The notes under the pieces were generated by a model, which ran no database searches, was not told the DNA's origin, and saw only the letters and a list, made by a program, of their open reading frames with translations. From a bacterium (GTDB taxonomy: Bacteria; Hinthialibacterota; Hinthialibacteria; Hinthialibacterales; Hinthialibacteraceae), in the NCBI GenBank assembly GCA_963663405.2, contig CAXXSM010000106.1:22678-86677 (forward strand): a DNA stretch of 64,000 bases, given 5' to 3'. Below, in pieces: positions 35,574 through 44,148 of this stretch. A program made the position numbers and the translations under genes. Numbering within the stretch: position 1 is the stretch's first letter; each line of letters begins with the position of its first letter.

Positions 35574-35693
35574 AATAGAACAAGTTTCCTGGATGGTTAA
35601 ATTAACAGGGACATCCACGGAATCATTATCAGCACCAATTACCGGAATTGCGAATAAAACAGCAAATGCGAATAAAGCGATAAATTTCTTCAT
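35574..35693 (-). pseudogene. 5' fragment of a secreted pilin/fimbrial-subunit-like protein, interrupted by IS4
   Basis: GGAG RBS 7 nt before ATG; MKKFIALFAFAVLFAIPVIGA-DNDSVDVPVNLTIQETCSI ends at the IS4 terminus. Confidence 0.7.
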
Positions 35694-35730
35694 GATCATT
35701 CTCCAAAAGTAAGTTTTAAGCTTAAAAACA

Positions 35731-35808
35731 AGTGGACGGTTTCACAACTTGCTCCCAATCGCCCTATTCGTGACCAGATTAAAGGGCGAAAGATCTTCGC
35801 ATCTCACT
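35731..35808 (-). ncRNA. c-di-GMP-II-like riboswitch aptamer, gene-proximal copy
   Basis: AGUGAGAUGCGAAGAUCUUUCGCCCUUUAAUCUGGUCACGAAUAGGGCGAUUGGGAGCAAGUUGUGAAACCGUCCACU: P1, kink-turn, P3, pseudoknot, canonical AACCG. Confidence 0.8.
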
Positions 35809-35813
35809 TTTGG

Positions 35814-35892
35814 AGTGGACGGGTTCACGACTTGTGCTCCCCTTTGCCCCATTCGTGACCAGTTAAAGGACAAAGGATCGACGCATCTCACT
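35814..35892 (-). ncRNA. c-di-GMP-II-like riboswitch aptamer, middle copy
   Basis: AGUGAGAUGCGUCGAUCCUUUGUCCUUUAACUGGUCACGAAUGGGGCAAAGGGGAGCACAAGUCGUGAACCCGUCCACU. Confidence 0.75.
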
Positions 35893-35899
35893 CATGCCG

Positions 35900-35977
35900 A
35901 GTGGGCGGATTCACGATTTGCTCTCCCCCTGCCCCATTCTTGACCAATTAAAGAACAGGGGATCGACGCATCTCACT
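35900..35977 (-). ncRNA. c-di-GMP-II-like riboswitch aptamer, 5'-most copy
   Basis: AGUGAGAUGCGUCGAUCCCCUGUUCUUUAAUUGGUCAAGAAUGGGGCAGGGGGAGAGCAAAUCGUGAAUCCGCCCACU. Confidence 0.7.
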
Positions 35978-36188
35978 CAAATTTCTTCTTGGCGGACATG
36001 AGTTTTGCGGCTATAATAGAATCAGCCTATGTGGTTCCTTGTGGCTGTCCGCCATAACGCCCACCAGGACCACGCCCGCAGTACCCTCGCCTGGAGAGAG
36101 GACCAGTCTCTCCGGGCGAACTTAATTTAAACCAGTCATTTCATACCTCCTTTCTTTTAGGATACAATCCAACACAATAGGCTGGAAT

Positions 36189-37177
36189 TTAATTGACTTG
36201 CGTCGTTATATTGATCTTTCCACTATATTTTCCTGATCCCATACCTGTCGTAATCTTAGCGCTCCCCGCTAGATAAAAGGTATGAAATCCACAACCGAAA
36301 TTCAAGAATAAATCCGGCGCGCCAGGAGACACATTCTCACTCGGCTTCGCGTCCGCAACTGTCTTCCCGCTTCTCAATCCCAAATTCGACCGTGGAATCG
36401 TCCCCCCCCCGAACCGGATAATTCCGTAATACTGCACGTCACAGTGATCCGGCCCGCATTGGTCAAGACAAACACCCGCGGATACGTCTTCGAAACATTG
36501 TATCCAATATCACAATTCCCAAAATCCATCAAATCGGGACACACAAAAATCCACGCAAACTCCGGACAACAGAAGGAACATTCGATCGATCGCGCAAAAA
36601 CAGGCTTCGTACTTTTCCCCGCAAGGGCGAAGAACGTAATCCGCCCGCTATACACTCCCGCCGGGTCGGTGATGCCCAACCGCGCGCCGATGCGGAACCG
36701 GTTCGCCTCGAACATCTTCCCATCCGAGCAGGCTCCTTCCGCGATCAAGGTATCACCGGAGATCTCCAACGTCCCGCCGAACGATTTCGTCAAGTTCACC
36801 GGATCCCGCTGCGGTTTGATGAACAACCGCCCCGAATTGGCCCCCCCCGACCCATGAAAATCCTCCACCGTACAAAAGAGCTGCCACGTAGGCGCATACG
36901 CCCCAACATCGATGATGATTTCCCTCTCGGAGATGAATTCGATCGAAGAAGGATAGTCAACCCCATCACCCGAACCGGTGTTAAATCCTCTACCCCCCCC
37001 CGATTCTTTCAATTCCACCGAATCCGTGTTTAGCGAAAAGGTCAGATCAGCGGGAATAGGCTTCAGCGCCCCTCCATCCGGGAGAATTTCCTGCGCGGCC
37101 AGGCCGGTTGAGAAAAGAACCGCCGCGGCGAGGAAGAGCCCGGTGTATACAGCGTCCCGCATGATTGGGTACATCAT
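36189..37177 (-). CDS. secreted two-domain fimbrial/adhesin-like protein (frameshift in G run near 36405)
   Basis: Signal peptide ending LAA-Q; each domain ends in a pilin-like final strand (PAGVYSGRITF; GSGKYSGKINIT); GC-rich relative to flanks. Confidence 0.6.
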
Positions 37178-38586
37178 ATCCCCTTTTCGAGTAAGAGCCG
37201 CGTATTATATTGTTTCGGCTAAGCTGCGCTGTTAGTTCGCTAATTTTTTAACAAGAAAAAATTATCCTATAAACGGCTAAAGACCAAAAAACAAAATTTT
37301 TTTCACTAGGAGGAACCAGCCGGGATTAGAGGAAAAAGGAGGAATATCGAGTACGAATTCCTAAGTTCATAATCCACAGACGCTTTCATTTCGGCCAACA
37401 CTGCAATAAAAAATTACACCAACTATAATATTAAAGCTTCAATTCAATAAATTAAATTCGATGTATACACTCTAACACTATTCTTTCAGATTTGTCAATA
37501 CCAATTCACAAAAAAAATCAGAAAATTTTATCAATCTAACAAAATCTAAATATAGAAAATAAAAATCTTAAAGTTTACAAAAATAATAAAGTATATAGAA
37601 TTTTAAAATAAACTATTATAGTAATGACGCTGAACTACTATTTTTATCCAACTAAATAATACTCAAAAAATTCATTCTATAGTGGATAGAAACCAAAACG
37701 AACGACATTTATCAGTTAAACCTTAAATATAAAGAAAATATAAAAATTATAAAAAATCTTCTTTATTTATTACGTCGCGCTTACAGGTTGATTTGGTCAA
37801 ATAATTTCAGGTTTTAGTGTTCTTCGGAGATGAGGCGCAGAGGTGAAACCTGTGTAACGTTTCTTAGCATGAAATGGTTTTAAAATCATAACTCGATTTA
37901 TACTGTGTCAATCACTCTTATCACATAATCTAAAATGAGTTGTACTACTATAGCACATTTTTAAATCGCTTAAAGGAGGTAAAGTAATTTTTTTTAATTT
38001 TTTTTCTGTCGAAAATTATAGTGCGTTACATTTTTTTAATGTGAATTGATCATGTTTTTCTGTCTTCATAGATATTTTTTGCGTAACGTAACGTTACACG
38101 TAAAGGGGGGGATATGATTTAAAAATTAACATAAAATCCTTGTTTGACTTGATTTATATTCACGCTTTGTATGCGCTTGTGTTCCTGGCGTCAATGCTGG
38201 AGTGATTACACAAATTCCACAGGAGGATGCAATCTCCATTTCTCGCATTTCTGGAGAATTCCAATCAGCGCAGTTGTTTTTTTATTGACGGTCACCTTGA
38301 AAACGGTTTTAAGGCGATAAAACCGATCTTGCAGCGGATGTAATACGTCTCATCCCATTTGCGGTGATAGTGATCTGGGATTGATAGAACAGAGAAATAT
38401 TAAGCAAATAAAATATGGTAAATTAGGTGATTGATAATTTATGAGAATGAATTATGGAGAGTGTGTGACAGTTGTTGAATATGAGATAGAAATGCGCTAG
38501 ATTGAATGAATCTGTTGACATTGGCTTTATTTTATTCTATCTTAAACAATACTATTTTTAAACAATTGAAATTTAGGAGCGCTGGC

Positions 38587-40623
38587 ATGTATCAAAAAAA
38601 ATCTTTGTGTCTAGTCTTTTTCCTCTTCACTCCAGTCTATTTATGTTTGGCTGCTGAAAGAAACCATGATATTGATCTCAATGATTATTTCTCAATCTCA
38701 TTTTTGACAGATTGTGATTCTTCTCCCGATGGAGAATATGCCGTATACCGAGAAGGGCGTTGGGACAAGGATAAGAATGAACGGAATTATGATTTATGGT
38801 GTATTGAAATTTCCTCACATAGGAAGCAACGTTTGACTTTTGATCCTGCCAATGACGATCATCCTGCTTGGAGTCCTAATAGCGAATATATTTATTTTAC
38901 AAGCAGAAGAAAAATCGGAAGTGAAGATAAACCGCCGTATGATGGCAGCAATCAGATCTGGCGAATCAACCGGGATGGAAAAAATCTGGTTCCAATAACA
39001 AGAATTAAAGATGGCGTCGATTCCTTTCAAATCTCCGCCAATGGGAACTATCTCTATTATCAAGTATCAGCAGAAAAAGTCTCTGGAGAATGGGTGGAGT
39101 TACGCAATTCATACAAGGATCTTGAGTATGGTCATGGTGTGAATCCTTACTCACAAATATGGTGTTTGAATTTAGATGATTGGCGGGTGGAGAAAATTGT
39201 TGACGAGGATTTTGTAATAAAGGAATTTTCTCTCTCCCCCGATTGTAAGCATATCGCCATGATCACAACCCCAGACGATAACCTTATCACCTATGAGGGG
39301 AAATCAAGAATTGATCTTATTGATATAGAAACTCGTAAAATTACAACTGTCACTCCTGCGGATTGGCGGAAGAACCATCCATCTCCATGTGGTTGGCTGT
39401 CATCGCTTTGCTGGTCAAATGACAGTCAAGCGCTTGGATTTTCCATTTCTTTCGATGGGTATCCCGCAGAGATTTATGTAGCGGAATGGTTGAAAGAACT
39501 CCCCAATCTCTATCCATTAAAACGGCCATCCTTTTTGACTGTGGATGGTGAGACATTGCGTTTTCGGGGGAAAAGCAGAGATCTATGTTTTATAGGCCAG
39601 GAAAAAGCCAGACAAAGAGTCTATTGTTTTCCAAATGTTCGAAAAGGAAATCATGAAGAACTTTTGACAGTTACACCCGGTGATGTAGTCGTCGATAGTT
39701 ACAGTTATTCTGAATCCTCAGATCAGCTAGTGATGATCATGTGCGGCTTATCCTATCCACAAGATATTTTCATCAAAAATAACGCCAATGATGGGATCGA
39801 GAGACTCACTACGATAAATCCTCAAATCGAACGTTGGAAGATCCCACAAATATCCATTGTACAATGGACAGGGGCGAATGGATCGCCTGTTGAAGGGATT
39901 TTAGAATTACCTCAAGAGTATGATGAACCGCTCCCCATGATTGTTGATCTACACGGGGGGCCCTGGTCCGCTTCATTGTATAGATTTCAATTTTGGATTT
40001 ATGGACGTACCCTTTTGCCTTCAAAGGGTTATGCGGTTTTTTGTCCGAATTACCGGGGATCGATTGGGTATGGCGATCAATTTTTAGTCGATCTGATCGG
40101 TCATGAAAATGAGATTGAAGTAGAAGATATTCTAAAAGGTGTGGATGCGATGGTCGAACGTGGGATTGCCGATCCAACGCGGTTAGGAGTCACGGGTTGG
40201 AGTAATGGTGGTTTTCTCACAAATTGTATTATCAGTAAAACCGATCGATTCAAAGCGGCGAGTTCCGGGGCGGGAGTCGTGGATCAAGTCATGCAATGGG
40301 GAGTGGAAGATACTCCTGGGCATGTGTTAAATTATATGACCGGTTTCCCTTGGGATATTCCTGAAAAGTACCGTCGTGGATCTCCCTTGTATAATCTAAA
40401 TAATGTAATTACACCCACACTTATCCATGTAGGTGAAAATGACGCCCGCGTCCCTGCGATTCATGCAAAAACACTATACCGCGCCTTGCGTCATTATCTT
40501 GATATTGATACGGAGTTGATCATCTATCCGGGAGAAGGACATGGTTTGGAGAAAATGGAAAATCGCAGAGCAAAAATGGAGTGGGATTTACAGTGGTTTG
40601 ATAAGTATGTCATGAAAAACTGA
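38587..40623 (+). CDS. S9 family peptidase (dipeptidyl aminopeptidase/acylaminoacyl peptidase)
   Basis: PD40-type repeats (PAWSPNS), LHGGP, NYRGSIGYG, GWSNGG nucleophile, DARVP, YPGEGHG. Confidence 0.93.
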   Translation: MYQKKSLCLVFFLFTPVYLCLAAERNHDIDLNDYFSISFLTDCDSSPDGEYAVYREGRWDKDKNERNYDLWCIEISSHRKQRLTFDPANDDHPAWSPNSEYIYFTSRRKIGSEDKPPYDGSNQIWRINRDGKNLVPITRIKDGVDSFQISANGNYLYYQVSAEKVSGEWVELRNSYKDLEYGHGVNPYSQIWCLNLDDWRVEKIVDEDFVIKEFSLSPDCKHIAMITTPDDNLITYEGKSRIDLIDIETRKITTVTPADWRKNHPSPCGWLSSLCWSNDSQALGFSISFDGYPAEIYVAEWLKELPNLYPLKRPSFLTVDGETLRFRGKSRDLCFIGQEKARQRVYCFPNVRKGNHEELLTVTPGDVVVDSYSYSESSDQLVMIMCGLSYPQDIFIKNNANDGIERLTTINPQIERWKIPQISIVQWTGANGSPVEGILELPQEYDEPLPMIVDLHGGPWSASLYRFQFWIYGRTLLPSKGYAVFCPNYRGSIGYGDQFLVDLIGHENEIEVEDILKGVDAMVERGIADPTRLGVTGWSNGGFLTNCIISKTDRFKAASSGAGVVDQVMQWGVEDTPGHVLNYMTGFPWDIPEKYRRGSPLYNLNNVITPTLIHVGENDARVPAIHAKTLYRALRHYLDIDTELIIYPGEGHGLEKMENRRAKMEWDLQWFDKYVMKN

Positions 40624-41232
40624 TGATCTTTGTATTTATATCAAGTGTCATGAGCGTCTTTCTATTATGGTATTTCACTTGTATTTCGACCATTTTTTAT
40701 CATTTTCCTTTCTTTTAAACGAAGTTAGAATAAGTTCGAAATTTATGATGATTCAAGCAAGCTGTTTTTGAAATCCCAATGAATCGATACAGTAAAACAA
40801 TATAATATTGTGATTCCACTTTTTTCTGTTTTGTTATTGTCTCGATTCATAAAAGGATTGAATTAAAACGTAAACCGCCGTAAAATCTCTGAAAAAATCA
40901 GTTATGATTTAAACGGACCGTGGTTTTATCCAAGGATGAGTACATATTTTTATTCTAAAACAATAAAATGACGTAAACTTTTTTTTCATTGTTCCGTTAT
41001 ACATGTAATAAGAGTAAAATCCATTTCGAAATTATTAGGGAAAAGAATGATAACTTTCGCAAGATTCCGCTTGTTGCGCTTCTGCAAAAAATACGAATCC
41101 TATTCCCACCCTCCCTCTATTTAATTCTTATGGGTCAGGGGGGCCCATTCCAATCCAAAATGTAATCCATTAAATCATTGATCCTCATATTCATTTGCAG
41201 AGTTTGATCTTAATTATGGTGTTTTAAATGAA

Positions 41233-41310
41233 AATGAGTTTCCGAGACTTACTCATTCGTGATTAATCCCGCGACTCATTTTCATTTGCAGGATGTGAGT
41301 TTGATCATGA
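41233..41310 (+). promoter_or_regulatory. conserved upstream element with Fur-box-like sites, copy 1
   Basis: 49 of the first 57 nt identical to 58413-58469; ATGAG/CTCAT inverted repeats. Confidence 0.6.
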
Positions 41311-41331
41311 TCGTTTAAATGATTCGTTTCT

Positions 41332-42528
41332 ATGGCGGATCTATATCTCTATTTCTGGAGTGAAATGATGAAGAACATAATCTATCGTTATGCGGTGTTA
41401 TGCGTGTGTTTCGCTGTAGTTTCATGTGGAGGAGAAAAAGCCTCACAAGAAGAGAATTCCGATTCAACCTCTAAAGAACCGGGCGCAATATCAGAGTTGA
41501 AAATCGGTCATGTGGGCCACGATCATCAACTGGCGTTATATGTGGCGGCGCATGAGGGAAACCGGCTCGAATCCCGCTGTGGTTCGTATCTCAAAGAGGT
41601 GAAGGCGCCCGAAATCTACGATCTGGTAACCGATGGAAAAACAATCGCCCGCCTTCGCTTGATTAAAGTGGGGGGAGGATCGCGGATGCCCGCATCGATG
41701 GAGCGGGACGAGATCGATGTAGGATTGGGCGGAGTCGCGCCTGTGATTTTCTTCATCGATAAGGGAAACGATTTCAAAATTATATTTCCTCTGCAAACGG
41801 ATGGAGACATGCTGGTTATGGGGAATGATTTTCCCGCCCAGGATTGGGAATCCTTCGTCCAAGCGGTTAAGAGTGGAGACAAAACACTCAAGATTGGCTA
41901 TAAAGCGCCTGTCGCCGTCGCCCGCTTAATTTTTGAACGGGCGCTGCAAGTCGAGAACATCCCCATCGCCAAACAAACAGGGGAGCCGGGCGCGAAAATC
42001 GAACTGGTGAATCTCCAAGGCGCGGGAAACATGGTTCCCACGTTGTTGAATGGAGCGGTGGACGGTTTTGTCGTCAATCAACCCTACGCCAGTCTAGCGG
42101 TCAATAAGGGCGCAGGAAAAATCATCTGCGATCTGTCTTCGTTACCGCCGGAAGGGAAGTGGGAACAACACCCCTGCTGTTGTGTAGCGGCGAAAGAATC
42201 CATCATTCAATCGCATCGGGACGAATTAAAAGCCTTGCTTTCTATCCTTCATTCGTCCACCGAGCTGATTCATGAGGATGATAAGCTCGCCATTCAAGTC
42301 GCGGCGCTATGGACCAAATCACCAGAAGCCGTGGAAAAAGACAGCGTTCCAACAGTTAATTATTTGAATACCCCATCCAAAGCCTGGATCAGCGGCATGG
42401 AGACTTGGGCGCAGATGATGAAGGAGATTGGCGAATTCACCGGCCGGTTGAAAGAGAAAAGCCCTAGCGAAGTAGTTCAATTATCCTGCGATCTTTCATT
42501 GATCGAAGAAATCCTTTCCGGGAATTGA
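41332..42528 (+). CDS. NitT/TauT family ABC transporter substrate-binding lipoprotein
   Basis: Lipobox VVSC; GHVGHDHQ; VNQPY; HPCCCV. True start is probably MMKNII. Confidence 0.85.
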   Translation: MADLYLYFWSEMMKNIIYRYAVLCVCFAVVSCGGEKASQEENSDSTSKEPGAISELKIGHVGHDHQLALYVAAHEGNRLESRCGSYLKEVKAPEIYDLVTDGKTIARLRLIKVGGGSRMPASMERDEIDVGLGGVAPVIFFIDKGNDFKIIFPLQTDGDMLVMGNDFPAQDWESFVQAVKSGDKTLKIGYKAPVAVARLIFERALQVENIPIAKQTGEPGAKIELVNLQGAGNMVPTLLNGAVDGFVVNQPYASLAVNKGAGKIICDLSSLPPEGKWEQHPCCCVAAKESIIQSHRDELKALLSILHSSTELIHEDDKLAIQVAALWTKSPEAVEKDSVPTVNYLNTPSKAWISGMETWAQMMKEIGEFTGRLKEKSPSEVVQLSCDLSLIEEILSGN

Positions 42529-42535
42529 TCGATCC

Positions 42536-43393
42536 ATGAAAGAGAATGGGAAACGGCTGCAACGGCTTATCTATGACATCCTGCTCGGAAGCGTATTACC
42601 GGTTCTTACGCTGATCGTCTGGCAATGGTGGGCGAGTTATCATTCGCGGGTGGTTCCCCGTCCGCTGGATGTGTTGTACGTGTTGATCCACCCGTTCGAA
42701 ACTCCTGCTAATTTGGATTCACTTCCATTGGCGCACAGCTGCGGCATTAGTGTATTGCGTGTGTTTCTCGGTTTCACGGCGGCGGCGTTGACTGGCGTTC
42801 CTCTCGGTTTGCTGGCTGGCAGGATCCAGTTAATCCGGCGGCTCATCATGCCGATCTGTGAATTGAGCCGCCCGATTTGCCCCATCGCTTGGCTGCCGGT
42901 CACCATTTTGGTATTCGGATTCGCTTCCATTGGAAGCGCCGTTTGGGGGGATCGGTCATGGGAGCATCCCATTACGGATCAATTGCAGTTTGCCATGATC
43001 GCAGTGATATGGTGGGGCGGCTTTTTCCCTATTTTTATCAACACTGCGCATGGCGTGGAAACCGTCAAGAAAATCTACCTGGAAGTGGCCAGCGTATTGG
43101 GCGCTGGGCCCCGCCGGATTTTTTTGGAAATCGTCTTGCCGGGGGCGCTTCCCTCGATTTTGACTGGATTGCGTGTGGGATTGGGGATTTCATGGATGGT
43201 GATTATCGCCGCCGAGATTTTCCCGGGTACCCGCGCGGGATTGGGATATATGATCGCCACCAGTCATCAAGTGGCGGAATACCAATATACCTTCGCGTCA
43301 ATCGTGGTCATCGGCGCGATCGGCTTGATTTCCAGCAAAGGATTTGAATGGATTACCAAACGGGTAAGCCGATGGCAGATCATGGAACGATGA
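42536..43393 (+). CDS. NitT/TauT ABC transporter permease
   Basis: SVLRVFLGF, RPICPIAWLP, LPGALPSILTGLRVGLGISW. Confidence 0.92.
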   Translation: MKENGKRLQRLIYDILLGSVLPVLTLIVWQWWASYHSRVVPRPLDVLYVLIHPFETPANLDSLPLAHSCGISVLRVFLGFTAAALTGVPLGLLAGRIQLIRRLIMPICELSRPICPIAWLPVTILVFGFASIGSAVWGDRSWEHPITDQLQFAMIAVIWWGGFFPIFINTAHGVETVKKIYLEVASVLGAGPRRIFLEIVLPGALPSILTGLRVGLGISWMVIIAAEIFPGTRAGLGYMIATSHQVAEYQYTFASIVVIGAIGLISSKGFEWITKRVSRWQIMER

Positions 43394-44130
43394 TCCGGGT
43401 AAACCGGATCTCAATGGCGTATGGCAATCATAAAACCAGCGTAAAGGCGTTGGAAGAAATCGATTTTTCCATTAAAGAAGGAGAATTTCTATCCATCCTG
43501 GGAACAACCGGATGTGGAAAAACAACGCTGCTTCGCTTGATCGCCGGTCTCGAACAGCCCAGTGAGGGATCGATTGTTTTCGAAAACCGGAAGGATGGAC
43601 GGCGCCCGGTTCTAGGTTTCATGTTTCAACAGCATGCGCTGTTTCCTTGGATGACAGTGGAAAAAAATGTGGCGTTCGGTTTGAGATCAGTTGGATTGAA
43701 ACCGGACCAGATAAAAGAACGCTGCATGGAATGTCTTCGTTTTGTGGGATTGATCGATTCAGCCCAATCCTATCCCTATGAATTATCCGGAGGGATGCAG
43801 AGAAGAGCCGCTTTAGCCAGAACCATTGCGCCGGAACCGGATGTGGTCTTGATGGATGAGCCGTTTTCGGCGCTCGATATTGGAACGGCTCGCGCGCTGT
43901 ACGATGAAATCCTTGAGATTTATGAACGTACGCGCATGACCGTAATCTTGGTCACACACAACATTGAAGAAGCGGTGTTTTTAGCCAACCGGGTTGTGGT
44001 GATGGCGGCTTCGCCGGGACGAATCGCCGCGGACGTTTCGAATAATCTTCCTAGGCCGCGTAACCGCTTGGGAAATGATTTTATAGCCAAAATGCTTGAA
44101 ATTCGAGAGTTTTTCGAGAAAGAAAATTAA
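43390..44130 (+). CDS. NitT/TauT ABC transporter ATP-binding protein
   Basis: GTTGCGKTT, LSGGMQRR, LMDEPFSALD, VTHNIEEA. Confidence 0.95.
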   Translation: MIRVNRISMAYGNHKTSVKALEEIDFSIKEGEFLSILGTTGCGKTTLLRLIAGLEQPSEGSIVFENRKDGRRPVLGFMFQQHALFPWMTVEKNVAFGLRSVGLKPDQIKERCMECLRFVGLIDSAQSYPYELSGGMQRRAALARTIAPEPDVVLMDEPFSALDIGTARALYDEILEIYERTRMTVILVTHNIEEAVFLANRVVVMAASPGRIAADVSNNLPRPRNRLGNDFIAKMLEIREFFEKEN

Positions 44131-44148
44131 ATAGATAAGGGGGAAATA

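Noticed and set aside
35749-35943. 64-aa ORF on the + strand
   Set aside because: Antisense to the aptamer array; its internal repetition simply reflects the RNA repeats
35731-35977. CRISPR array
   Set aside because: Repeats are ~78 nt with 5-7 nt linkers, there are no unique spacers and no cas genes, and the variation is compensatory as expected for structured RNA
36444-37235. + strand ORFs (137 aa, 85 aa) and the many other short antisense ORFs in the track
   Set aside because: Shadow frames opposite better-supported genes
37240-38500. Replication origin
   Set aside because: Only scattered imperfect DnaA-box-like 9-mers and no dnaA, dnaN or other origin-linked genes nearby
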